A stretch of DNA of 64,000 nt, taken from assembly GCA_964270895.1 (NCBI GenBank), contig OZ185450.1. One strand, written 5' to 3'. Shown piece after piece: positions 37,436-49,715 of this stretch. The notes under the pieces were generated by a model that saw only the letters and a list, made by a program, of their open reading frames with translations, had not been told where the DNA came from and did no database searches. Numbering within the stretch: position 1 is the stretch's first letter; every line of letters starts with the position of its first letter. Origin of the DNA: Podarcis filfolensis (Eukaryota). The translations under genes and the position numbers were made by a program.

Positions 37436-37628
37436 GGGCTAGATCTACACAGCTATATATATATTTAAAAAACGCTTTGAAAATACTCTGCAAAAAAAAC
37501 CAAAAAAAAAACCTGCTGCAAAGCTCATAATATCATTGAGTTGTGATTTCAGCTCTACAGTGCCATCTGGTGTCACAGTGTTATAACTCAGTTATAACGC
37601 TGTATTTTGACTAGTGTAGCTGAGGCCC
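37436..37628. mobile_element. Short non-autonomous element with PIF/Harbinger-like ends
   Basis: gggctagatctacac ... gtgtagctgaggccc imperfect TIRs; related copy at ~62325-62490. Confidence 0.55.
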
Positions 37629-37784
37629 AGCTTCCATACACCTCTCTGGCTATTGTTCTAGCGGCAAGGTAAGGGGAGGTGGAGGAAAGACCCACCTATT
37701 AACCCGGGAGACACAATCACACCGTTGTAGCTCATGTGACCTCACTCATTTTTGAGGATGCTGATGAGGACACTTAAATGTTTA

Positions 37785-38136
37785 AAAGGTATACGGACCC
37801 CTGACCATTAGGTCCAGTCATGGCCGACTCTGGGGTTGTGGTGCTCATCTCGCTTTATTGGCCGAGGGAGCCGGTGTACAGCTTCCAGGTCATGTGGCCA
37901 GCATGACTAAGCTGCTTCTGGCAAACCAGAGCAGCGCACGGAAACGCCGTTTACCTTCCCGCCGGAGTGGTACCTATTTATCTACTTGCACTTTGACGTG
38001 CTTTCGAACTGTTAGGTTGGCAGGAGCAGGGATCGAGCAATGGGAGCTCACCCCGTCACAGGGATTCGAACCGCCGACCTTCTGATTGGCAAGTCCTAGG
38101 CTCTGTGGTTTAACCCACAGCGCCACCCGTGTCCCT
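37785..38136 (-). mobile_element. Sauria SINE, full length
   Basis: Reverse complement of 59824-60175; 12-bp TSD cttaaatgttta at 37773-37784 and 38137-38148. Confidence 0.92.
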
Positions 38137-38144
38137 CTTAAATG

Positions 38145-38242
38145 TTTAGGGAAACTTTTAATGTTTGATGCATTACTGTATTTTAATATTTTGTTGGAAG
38201 CTGCCCAGAGTGGTTGGGGAGGCCTAGCCAGATGGGCAGGGT

Positions 38243-38290
<48 letters not shown>
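38145..38290 (+). mobile_element. L2 3' tail with (TAA)n
   Basis: ggaagctgcccagagtggttgggga..ccagatgggcagggta plus (taa)n; matches 40760-40870. Confidence 0.8.
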
Positions 38291-39884
38291 TATCATGCCA
38301 GCGCAGGTCATAGTGTTACAAAGAAACTTGTCTCACCAGTTCAGAAACCTCCTCCATTTGATTCCAACCCTCAGTGGGCACAAGACCCCAAGTGCTAGAA
38401 GGGGCTCAGGGCATCATTCAGACCAGGGTGGCCCAACTTTTCACAACAAGTGGCCTGCAAGGATACTTTGAAATGGAACCCATAGGAGCAAGGTCAAAAT
38501 TTGACACCCCCCCCCCAGCTTACCAGAATTTGCAGGCTTACCAGAATCAATAAAGGCTACCAAATTACAGAGAAATATGTTCCTGGGTGACAGCTCCTGG
38601 ATGTCTTTTAGACCTTAGGTCCACGAGAAGCAATTCCACAACAATTACAGAGGCATGGTGTATGTTGTCACCTATTTATTAATTAGTCCTCACAACAATG
38701 ATTTTATTAAATTAGCTTATAATGCTAAAGGCTGCATATGGCATAATTGTCAACTTAACAGCTTACCCAGATGTCATAACTGCAGGATTCCTGTAAATGG
38801 GGGTGAGGGTGGGGGTGGGGAGGAAGACACCCACCTCAACACACAGCGAAGTCTTGTGACAGCTCACCTACAGCCACAAAACTCTGGTGTCATTTATAAT
38901 GGTCAGCTTCAATATCAGTTTTCTTGCTGATAGAAAAGCGGCCTTTAACATGATATGTTTGATAGATGACGTTGGTTAAGTGTTAAGAGATTGCTAGGAT
39001 AGACTTCGGCGTGTTTGTTTCTATTAAATTCAGCTTTGATTTTAACTCAGTTATTTTCTAAAAGGAACACAATTAGAATCTGATGTTATATGTATTTGTT
39101 AATCGTATCCAGCCAGCCCACTTGCAAAAGCAATTTCAATCCCTGTGTTCTTGTGATTATATCCAGCGCCCCCACTTTTCCATCTGATCTGGGGGGGGGG
39201 ACAAATTGGCAAAACTTTCTCCAGCAAATAGACATATTATGTGCTTTAATTGTATTCCTTCTTTTCCTTCCAATGACTGCAGTGAGAGTTGTGAAACCTC
39301 CTCTCCCCTGCAGTGCCCTCCAGCTGTTTTCGGACTACAACTCTTATCAGCCCCAGCCAGCACAGTTCTGCTGCCTGAAGCTGATGGGAATTGTAGTCCA
39401 AAACATCTGGAAGGCACCAGTTTCAGGCACACGGCCCTAAAAGATGACCCAGAGCCATCATTAATTTCACAAAGGAGCCGCCACGGGAAATTGCCAAGAA
39501 CAGGTCGTTTTCCAGCTCTGTAGATTTTTAGATCAAGACAGCACAGTGTTTCCGAGTGGAGATCATCACGAAGCTTTAAGTTAGTTTTGGATTGCTACAT
39601 GTATCTGTCTTTTCCAGGGGGCTTTGTACTTCTAAGAGATGGAGCTCAATGAGGCTGCAAATCCATGTGCAATTGTACACCTAGTTGCCTTTTTTAAAAA
39701 GAGTTCCCCCCCCCCCTCCACATGCACACAGGCTTATGATTTTAATCTGCATGAAAATGCAGACTCGTTCGAGTCTCACTGTTTAATAATGATAATTTTA
39801 GGACAGAACTCACTGCAGGGGGCAGCTAGTTAGAAGGTAATAAATAGGACTGTTTTAGGAAATGGCTGTAACTAATTGAGAGAG

Positions 39885-39995
39885 GATTTTCTTTCTGTGC
39901 AGAAGGTCCTAAATTCAATCCCTGGAACATCCAGGAAAGAACCTTACCTGAAACCTTGGAGAGCTACGGCCGATCAGAACTAGATGGGCCAAAGG
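39885..39995 (+). mobile_element. Degraded tRNA-derived SINE fragment
   Basis: cagaaggtcctaaattcaatccctgg (B-box-like)..gaaaccttggagagc..ctagatgggccaaaggtct; similar tail at ~30-95. Confidence 0.5.
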
Positions 39996-40089
39996 TCTCA
40001 TGCAGGCTGTGTTCACATGGCAGTATGTTCCATTTGCCCAATGTTACCCTAACTTATTTTTTTGTATTAGTTCTGAGCCTTCATACAAT

Positions 40090-40335
40090 GTAAAAGCCCC
40101 TACCAGAAATCTAGTATAAGTTTAGTGATGATTTCTGTGTTCATTGCTTCCAGAAAAAGTCCATTTGCAGCCCCATTAACCCAGAAAATCACAGAAGTAA
40201 AGTGATGAAATTTGGGGCAGTGTACTGGCATACAATTCATTCCTGCTGCTTTCATGGGGGAATTGTGGGGGAACAGAAGCAGGCATATGTGAAGAGGGTG
40301 GGGGATTAGCAACCTTGTCCAATGACATTCGTTGT
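40090..40335 (-). repeat. Old unclassified repeat family B
   Basis: Reverse complement aligns by eye with 63140-63330 (tcactttact..tgattttctgggtta..ctgcaaatgga). Confidence 0.65.
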
Positions 40336-40460
40336 TCTCAGCCTGTTGTCTTATCAAGGAAAACTTACAAAAGATGATGTACAGGTGGTACTTGACACCC
40401 AGCAAACTGGTAAAAAATTATTTAAAAGGGTCCAAGTTATTTAGGAAATGTCAAGAGGTA

Positions 40461-40826
40461 CAGTGGTACCTCGGGTTACAGACACTTCAGGTTACAGACG
40501 TTCCTGAAGGAGCATCTCCACCCTGATCGTTCTGCCCGGACGCTGAGGTCCATCACCGAGGGCCTTCTGGCAGTTCCCTCATTGCGAGAAGCAAAGCTAC
40601 AGGGAACCAGGCAGAGGGCCTTCTCGTAGTGGCGCCCGCCCTGTGGAACGCCATCCCATCAGATGTCAAAGCGATAAACAACTACCTAACATTCAGAAGA
40701 CATCTTAAGGCAGCCCTGTTCAGGGAAGTTTTTAATGTGTGACATTTTAGTGTATTTTTGGACTCTGTGGAAGCCGCCCAGAGTGGCTGGGGAAACCCAG
40801 CCAGATGGGCGGGGTACAAATAATAA

Positions 40827-40873
<47 letters not shown>

Positions 40874-41080
40874 AGACGCTTCAGGTTACAGACTCTGCTA
40901 ACCCAGAAATAGTACCTCGGGTTAAGAACTTTGCTTCAGGATGAGAACAGAAATCGCATGGCGGCAGCGCGGTGGCAGAGGGAGGCCCCATTAGCTAAAG
41001 TGGGACCTCAGGTTAAGAACAGTTTCAGGTTAAGAATAGACCTCCAGAACGAATTCAGTTCTTAACCCAAGGTACCACTG
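40461..41080. mobile_element. Tigger-like MITE containing an L2 insertion
   Basis: TA|cagtggtacctcggg ... aaggtaccactg|TA. Confidence 0.9.
40501..40869 (+). mobile_element. 5'-truncated L2 with (TTA)n tail
   Basis: Homologous to 34655-35130; TSD ttacagacg at 40492-40500 and 40870-40878. Confidence 0.9.
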
Positions 41081-42559
41081 TAGAAGGAACTCTGATGCAT
41101 ATGTGGTGACTGTGAAAATATGCTAGAGAGCACTGGGAAATGATTCATATAGAATTGAAAAAGATCTTCACCTTTACAAAATACCTGTGGCCTTCCTACT
41201 AGGGATAATAAGTGATGATATCCCAAAGAAGGCACTCAACCTCTTCATATACCCAGATGCTGTGGCTAGAATAGTTTATGCGGAAAAATTGAAAGACAAA
41301 GAAATACCAACGAAAGAAATATGGCAGAGTAAATTGACCGAATATAGAGAATTAGCAGTGATGACTGAGAAAACAAGAAACGAAGATGAAACACAGGTAA
41401 GAGAAGAGTGGAAGTCTTTTGGAGAATATCTCAGGAGATTATAGCACACAATTTAACCTGCAAGTAGGGGTAACCATATGAGCAGCAGTTAGTCTTAAAT
41501 AAAGGAAACATGTGAGATAGTATAACAGGGAAGTATAACAGGATATGCAGTGGAATCGGGAGGAAGCCAAGCATTGAGCCCAGAGCATGGCTTCCTTTCT
41601 CACACTAAGGAGGAGCCAGCCACTGAACTACTCCATGCTCAGTCTCTGCCCCCTCAACATTAAAGGGGCCCAGCCCTCTGCCAGCAGATTTGGGGGGGGG
41701 GGGAGACACCTCTGCCTCTAGGAGTTGGCATACCTGGGGCCCATAATTCTTAGAGATTGAAAATGTGCTTTGAATGTGCTTTAAATGTAGAGTGTGTGTG
41801 CAGCCTTAAACTGCAAAACCACCAAACTCATTTTGAAGGGACAAGGGAGCTTTTCACTTAAAAATAAAAAGTGGAGGACTGCGTAAATTTGCAGGCAGGT
41901 GTGTGTGTGTGTGTGTGCGTGCGTGTGTGTGTGCATGCATGCATAAAACACCTTCTCTGTGTCCATTTCCCCTTCACTGTCTTGCACACTCCCTCAATTG
42001 CTTACACAATTCTTTCCTCCCTGTCTCTCTTTCTCTAAGGAACAGTGAGTGTTCAAAGCACTCAGAGAAGCCAGAAGAAGGGGCAAAAGCAGTCAGGGAG
42101 ATGAGGAGCCAGGGAATCTTTTTTTCCCCTTCACCTTGGTATTTATTGCCTGATTGGTTCCAGCCCGATGCTCCTTCCCCAAGGCTCATCTGCAGTCTGT
42201 GGCAGTTCCTCACTGTCAGCTCTCTGCTTTGCTTCTCCAACACTTTTGTTCCCAAGTTCTCCTCTTCTAAGGAAGAGCCGTTTCCAAGCACGGGCTGTGT
42301 GTTCCTCATTCGATTGTCGGGACATCATTTTTGCTCCCTGTGTTACTTCTGCATACTGTGGCCCAAAGATTGGCTCATCCCAAGTTGGATTTGCCTAAAA
42401 GGTCACACCCCCAATGGAAATTCAATGGCAGCTGCCTTTTGTTGATTGTAGGGGAAAGGAGAGCTGCAACAACCCATTTCTGCTGCCTCAACATCTCAGA
42501 GCAAAAACTGCATCGTCACAGCAACAAAGCAGTACCCCCAATAAAGCCACAAAGGATGA

Positions 42560-42990
42560 GCAGATCTTTCCATTTCATTTTCTCTCAATTTCCCATTTTT
42601 CAAATCTTCAGTTCTCCACATTCCCACATCAGTTTGCAATTTAGGGTGGAGGGGAATTCTTATTAAATTCATCAGCATTTTAGTGCAATTTTCTCCTAAT
42701 AGACGCACTTGTATGCAATTTTGCTTAATATACACACTTTGATAAAGCCATTTCTCCTCATGTCATACATTTTTGTATGTTATTTTCAGTTTTCACCAAT
42801 ATATGCATTTTTATGCACAATTTACATGAGTATGAGCATTTTTGTAGACATTATTTGGCCAGAGAAGTGCGCTGCAATATTTGGAGAAGGGCAAATTTAA
42901 TAGAATGCCTGTGTTTTGGTTCATTTTGGTAAGTGCAAGTTTGGGAAGTTCACATTTAAATGATAATGGAGGCAAATTTCTCCACCATTC
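42560..42990. repeat. AT-rich dispersed repeat family A
   Basis: Best-preserved copy; see 1060-1300 and 35265-35665. Confidence 0.55.
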
Positions 42991-43104
42991 ATAAAAGCCC
43001 TAAAAGTTTATGTAATATGAGAGTTGGAAGAAAATGTGGCATGAGATCAGTCAGTGGACTGGGGGAATAGGCTAGTCCCTAAATGTTCCTGGTAAATTTG
43101 AGTA

Positions 43105-43275
43105 CAGTGGTACCTTGGTTCTCAAACTTGATCTGTTCCGGAGGTCCATTCCAAAACCAAAGCATTCCAAAACGAAGGTACACTTTCCTATAGAAAGTAA
43201 TGCAAAATGGATTAATCTGTTCCAGGCTATTGAAAAACTACCTCTAAAACGTTTCTCCCCACCGCCCCAATCAGC

Positions 43276-43325
<50 letters not shown>

Positions 43326-43484
43326 CCCTCTCTAAAAATGGAAGAGCAACACTAAAAACGAAAGCTCAGGACACTTTCAACTTCCAATTTTTTTAAAAAA
43401 CCTGATACGTTCACTTCCAGGTTTGCAATATTCAGGTTCTAAGCAGTTCATGAACTAGGCTGTTTGAGAACCAAGGTACCACTG
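43105..43484. mobile_element. Tigger-like MITE (different internal sequence, with a (CT)n tract)
   Basis: TA|cagtggtaccttggttctcaaac ... gtttgagaaccaaggtaccactg|TA. Confidence 0.9.
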
Positions 43485-44185
43485 TATTAAAGAATTAAAA
43501 TCTGGCACCTCCTTCCCAAAGCCCAGGAAGCTTCTGCCCAGCTTAGGGATGTGTTAGCAGCCAGCAGTGGCCTAGTAAAAATGGAGACTGAAATTATTCA
43601 GCTCAATAAATTCCACACACAGAATTTCAGGAGAAAAGTTTAAAATTTGAGCTAAAATGTCTACTTTTCCAAGGGGAAAAAAACTTCTTGTTGCATCCAT
43701 CCAGATGTGTATTTAATCTATTTGGAGGCATTTTACCAATTATCCCAATGCCTTCTGCACGACCCATTACCTTGTAAGATGTTCCTAAGTGCTACATAAA
43801 CAACCCTCTCTACTGAGAGGCTGACACTTAAATGCACACCCGTTAAGTCCATTAAACAGGGCAGCAAATGGAAGCACCAATTTGGCAGCCGATATTTAGC
43901 TGTACATTTGGGGCTGTGACTCTGACAGTGCAACTCAGCATTCCTTAAACTTTGCAGAACTGAGGACAACCGTTTCAGTTTGTCCCTCGCGGGTCACCTA
44001 AGGAAATGCAAAATTTCTAACTTTATTCCCAACGATATCTCTGCCTTCATGTCTGTTGGGATGCCTGCACTGTATCAAACATCATGGGCTTCCTAGTAGA
44101 CCCAGATACCAGAAAGTCTTGACAGGCACTAGGATGCAGAATATTTCATGGGGACAAAGAAAGTTGTATTATACTGAGGGTGCAT

Positions 44186-44700
44186 TTAGACATGGGGAAT
44201 ATTAGTTTTCCTGATTATAATGCTAGTGCTCCTGTCCTGTTTTCTAACATTTCTTGCACACTGCAGTACCTGTTGAGTCATAGACCTGTAGCTTTTCTAT
44301 CAATATACCAGCACAACCTGCAAATTTTCATTCACAACAGTGGGCATGGTATGACACAACACACACATCCATTTTCCACAAATTACATACATGATACATT
44401 GTGCAACACATAATCACTTCCCTCAGGACTTCCCAGTCCATCTCTCCATGGTCTTCAATGCAAACCTTATTGTGGGACATCACGTGCACTGGGTGCATGA
44501 CATCACACATATGTGACATGTTCCTGTCTCCCCCTCCCCCCCATCTTGGGTACAAGATGGCACCTCTGCTGGGCCCTGTAGTATGCTAAGTGTTGCAAGG
44601 AATTGTAACTATGTGAATGATAAAATACATTTCACAGAATTCTTTGTGGCAAAGAATATGCTTCGAATGTGCTTTAGATTTATAGTGTGTATTCAGCCTT
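44186..44700 (+). repeat. Old repeat family B, possibly Harbinger-like non-autonomous
   Basis: Shares ctgattataatgc, cagtacctgttg and cagtgggca(t/a)ggtatgacacaaca with 62947-63140. Confidence 0.6.
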
Positions 44701-46651
44701 AGTGGGGCTTCCTTCCTTCCTTTTTAAGGGGAAGAAAAGATAAAAAATTACTAGGGCAAAGGAGAATGCTATCTTGCAGCTTAATCCAAACCCAATATCT
44801 GCCAAGATGAGCAAATTTGGAATAGGCAGATATCTGATTGAGCTGCCTCACACCCACTGAAACCAGTAAGAAATTCTCATGCCCTGAGAATGAGGCAGAA
44901 AAATGGAAGCCTCTTTTACAGGGGAAGTATTTTTTTGGGAAAACTTGAGGACAGGCTTTGTCCCAGCACTGTCATATCTCCCCTTTGTCTTTGTCCTCTG
45001 GATCCTTGACCACATGTGCCCCAGCTGCCATTTAAACCAAATGGCTTGAATGACTTTGCTGATGAGCATCTGTGACATCATCAGACAGCATGCCATGTGA
45101 TGTCTTTCACCAGGCACACGTGGGCCACTGCGGCCAACAGGATTACTCGGAAGTGTGGGCAAGTGAAGCCAAAATGGAGGGATGGGCAAGTAAGCAAAGG
45201 AAGAGGGAGGAAATTGGAGACAAGGAGAAGGGCATTACATTGGCGCAGGTGTGTCAGCCACAGTGCTGAAAACCAGCCTGAATCAGAGGTGTTCTTCAAA
45301 CACCAGCACAAAAACAAGGCAAATTCTTTCCGCTCTCAGCTTTATTCCTCATTCTGTATGTTGTGTTGTCGAAACACTATGCTGGAGCCCCTTAAATGGT
45401 GCGAGCCTATGGAGGGGGGACCCACAGCTGTTCATTGCCAAGTCATTTCTCTTCCATTTTAAGGCACTTGCCCTCCATACGCAGAGCCCTGGGAAATGCC
45501 TCCAAAAATAAAAATAAAAATAGAGAACACCTGCCATAAATGAAGGACAATTGAGTAGCTTTTATTATAAAAATAAAATAAAAAATGAGGGGCACAGACA
45601 CTTCTAGCAGATGCAAAACTGAATAGATTAGCCTTGCTGCCACCGGAATTGCTTCTGCTTTTGTGCTGCGTCTGAGATTCCGGGGAATTGGAAGCAAACA
45701 CCACACTGCATTTTTTTTAATTCTATAGCTCAGTGGTGGGGAGAGAAAATGTTCACTGTTGACGCTAACTATAGGGTACATCTAGCAGCAGAAACCAAAT
45801 GGCGTGTCAATAACATCTATGGCTCCGTCACAATGGTTCTTAAGTGCATCCTTTGACACAGGCTCTCGCTTCCCGGTACCATGAAACCCTGCGCTGTAAT
45901 TTCTAATAGTAATAGGCAGTTTAGAGGCAGGTGGCTCTGAACAACTCTCAACATTGCACGGAAGGTAAAGTTTTTTCTTTCTTTCTCGCCTCACCTTGGC
46001 AAATTTATTGACTTGAAATGTATTTGCACAGGTGCCTACCCTTCTGCTAGGCTTGAAAGCACACACTTCACTTGCTCGTTTCCTTTTACAGCATTGCTGT
46101 TGCTCCTTGTTTTTGTAGACTGTGATTCTTCCGTTTTTGTAGACCGTACTCCTTTGTATTTGTTTTTACTGGGTCGTTTCAGATTGGAGGATAACCACTC
46201 ACCTATGGTGAGCAAGAGCCACTGCCAAGTGAGCAGGGAAGGAAGGCTTCATAGACAGGAATGTTTTGTTTCTCCTCTCTCTCCCCCCCTTTCATGCTGT
46301 CAAAATGCCACAAATATCTAATGTGAATGTGTCATGTTGTGGACCTCTGTAGGCCACTGCACACCACAGAGTCCATGACTTTACCCCAGCCTACTTAAAG
46401 AAATGCAGCTATGATGGCAGGGGGTGAAGGCCGGGCAGCAGCAGTGGTGGTGGTGGTGGGAGGCTGGGTAGCAGCAGGGGAGGGTGCAGAGACCGAGCAC
46501 CCACCAAAAAAATGTGTGGGAGCCCGGGCACCCAGGACCCCCTGAAGTTGGTGCCAGTGTTGTGATAACAGAGTGCTGTGCTAAAGATACCTTTGGTCTG
46601 ATTTCTTCCTTCAGAAATAAATCTCCAAACCTTGCAATGGCTAATCTAGTC

Positions 46652-47397
46652 TAAGGTTACCAGAATCCGGGGATACAATACAGTACAGTACAGTACAATT
46701 CATAAATAAATAACTACATGTTCGAGACGTTGAAGCTGCAGCGATGGTGGTGGCAGAGGGGCGGCCGCCACCTTGACCTCAACTGCCATGTTTCCCCTTC
46801 TTCTGAGTCTTCTATCTCCTTTATCCATGAGCCTGGGCAGCCCCTGAGTTGTTGGTTCTTCGGTAGTGGTGGTGGTGGTGGGGAAGCGGTGCACGTTGGG
46901 TCAGGCATGGAAGGCGGAGAAGGAGGGCCAAGAGTGGCAGTGACGGCAGCGAGGCTCAGGCAGCATGATGCCTCCCTTCCCATCGGAGCAGCCCCAATTG
47001 CATTCCTACTTGCGTGCAAGCAGGAGGGGGCGGGGATCCCTCAGCTGGTAAGAGAGGCTTCCCGTTGCCTAACTGAGAGATCCCTGCCCCCTCCTGCTTG
47101 CACACAAGCTCTGATAGGCAGCATGAAGCCTCCCTTCACAGCTTAGTTGCTGGGGTCAGGGAAGGTGAAGGCAGCCCAGAAGCTGCATCTTAGAGCCCCT
47201 GCACCACCATCATACTTCTAAGCAGCTCCTGAAGCCAGCCAGAGCCAACTGCTCCAGGCTGCTGAGAGACTGCCATTGATGCATTTCCTGGGGACATTAG
47301 ACAAAATCCAGGGACATTCTAGGGATGAAATTTGTCCGGGGACTTATTTGCAAATCCAGGGACTGTCCCCAGGAAACAAGGATGTCTGGTAACCCTA
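46652..47397. mobile_element. Non-autonomous hAT transposon (TAGGG-type TIR), GC-rich interior
   Basis: TIRs taaggttaccaga / tctggtaacccta; perfect 8-bp TSD atctagtc at 46644-46651 and 47398-47405. Confidence 0.88.
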
Positions 47398-48428
47398 ATC
47401 TAGTCTCAGGCTGGCAAACAGTGTACTACTCTATCCCTGTTAAGTAGTCACTTCCCCTTCCTTGCCAGTCAAATAATTCCATTTGTTTCTCTCCAAAATC
47501 CAAAATGCCAGCCGCTGTCAAGAGAGACGGATCATCAGGATGAGCCACCGCTCCCATTGCCACGTCAAAGCTGATCTCCCTTAAAAACCGCCCTGCCAAG
47601 GTCTTACTTAAGCGAAGCCTTTTGAGAGACATGTTCCGCACCAGCGTGTGGTGCTTGCAGCCAAATCCTTCGATTTGAAAAGACTTTCAATTTGGAAAAT
47701 AAAAAAGGCTTGGAATCCACAGGCTAATTATCAGAGTAGCTTCTGCAATGCCTCCTCCCCACCCAAAAAAACAAAAAAACAAAACCCACCCCAAAGCAAA
47801 AGAGGAAGAACGCTCTTCCTTTTAAATAATGTGTTCTGAGGCATCCAGCTGCAGTAGCATCTTGGTCTTGATCACCACCCTCCCCCCGAAGACTTTGTTT
47901 CTCTCTTTCTCTCTGCTCAGTCAATTGCATCTATATTCTGTGTAGATTTTCCTAGCGATGAATTTACATTGGGTTTTCAGCCGCTTTGGTAAAGGGAACG
48001 GTGGCGCCGCAATTGGGTTCCTGGCAGGGGAGCGGAGGCCGTGAGCGTGGCTGCTTGATAGTCCGTAAACAGCAGGCTATTTTGCCGGAGGAAGAAAGAC
48101 ACCTGTCGCTTTGATGGGCCGGCAGTAACACGGAGGCCATAAGGAATTCATGAAGGCAGAGGAGGACGGAAAGCCGCTCATTGCCATTTGAGGCTGCTGT
48201 GCACTTTTTGTTGGCAAGAGACAGTGGAGTCTCTCTCCCGCCCCCCTTTCCCTGGCTTTCTGGATTTCCATATTTATTACCTGTTTTCTGCCGGCGGGCA
48301 TGGGGGTGGGCAAAACGTTTTGCAGTTAGAAGGCCTAAGCTGGGTGGATGCGAGTTTTTAAGGGATGCACCATAAGCTATTTGTGCATCTTTAGAAGGCT
48401 GCTATCGTTTGTTGGCAGGTAATTGAAG

Positions 48429-48463
<35 letters not shown>

Positions 48464-48639
48464 TCCATTTTCAAATTCTCAGCTCAATAAACCCCAGAGA
48501 AAAAGCAGTGCATGGTAGCAGCACTGGGGCAGACATGAAACCAAGGGTAGGTCTTCACTATGGTTTTTCCAACCATTTTCAAACATGCCATTGTTCCTGT
48601 GCATGTAGTTAAATGATCGAATTCATCCTCACAATGTGT

Positions 48640-48890
48640 AATAATGGCCACCTGTTTGGATGGCTTTAGGAACACAGGGAACTGCCCTTTTCTCCCTCTC
48701 TTGTAACACTAAAGCTGGTGGGCTTCCAATGAAGCTGAATGTTGGAAGGTTCAGGACAGATAAAAGGAAGGACTTCTTCAGCACTGTTAATCTATGGAAC
48801 TCACTTCCACAGGAGGCAGTGATGGCCACCAACTTGGATGGCTTTAAAAGAGGATTAAACAAATTCAAGGAGAAGGCAGCTGTTGGTGGA
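48640..48890 (+). mobile_element. CR1 ORF2 C-terminal fragment
   Basis: PMKLNVGRFRTDKRKDFF..LWNSLPQEAVMATNLDGFKRGLNKF. Confidence 0.85.
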
Positions 48891-49715
48891 TAATCAGTGT
48901 AGACCTATTGAAATTATTGAAAATAAGTTAGGCATGCACATTAAATTCAGTGGGTCTACTCTGAATAGGACTAGCCTTGGCAGCAACCTTGAGCCTGAAA
49001 TGTAGGATAAATTTTGTAGGCTGCTGCCATCTAGCTCATCATTAGGCAGCCACAACACCTTGACTCTCTGCACAGAAAACATACCCCCAATACTACATGG
49101 GGAGCAAAATGGTAATAGCTTGTAGCCAGGGAAATGTGGGTGGGCAGTGAGCAAAAGACAGAAGATGCATGGCTATAATTATATGGGGAAATGGAATGTA
49201 TCTTAAGGAATTAAAATGTCCATGGTATTTAAAAGAAGAAAACACTTTTAGAGAGAGAGAGAGAGAGAAAGCAAAAGCATAAACAGGAAGGCATTTTGTA
49301 TTGGCTTGGATGTTAAATGAGGCAATGGTTCTTCAGAATGATTTGGTTACATAAAGCTTTGTTTAGTCCCATTTTGAAATGGAGCACCGGGTCTTACCTG
49401 GCTAGACAGGGAGACCAGCAGCAGCTGGATCAAACAATGAATGGAGTGGGTTTCTGTGGCACCATACTCCCTCATTCATGCATTCTTGGAATGTGGAGGG
49501 TCATTCTTGAAGAAGGGCCTTGTCTAGATTCAACCTACGAGTACAGGAATTGGTTAGCTGAGCTGGGAAATGGGCAAGTCTGTTGGATGAGGGTAGAGAG
49601 CTGCGTTCCTGGGATACATCAGCACTGCTGAGATTTATGGAGGTGCAGAACTCAAAGGGGCTGGGAGGAGATGTGATTCCATAGGTGCGCAAGGTGCTGG
49701 GTTCTCACATTTGGG

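Larger units (their letters stand above)
40352..41570 (+). mobile_element. L1 ORF2 C-terminus and 3'UTR, interrupted by a MITE
   Basis: IKENLQKMMYRWYLTPSKL..KCQEV|EGTLMHMW..AFLLGII..REEWKSFGEYL reads across the removed MITE. Confidence 0.85.

Noticed and set aside
37762-37790. Other CTGATGA cores (37762, ~45059, ~50156) as hammerheads
   Set aside because: No stem II hairpin followed by GAAA at the right spacing
47426-47641. Protein-like 71-aa minus-strand ORF
   Set aside because: Short, preceded by an in-frame stop, with no homology I recognise; more simply explained as CpG-rich non-coding DNA
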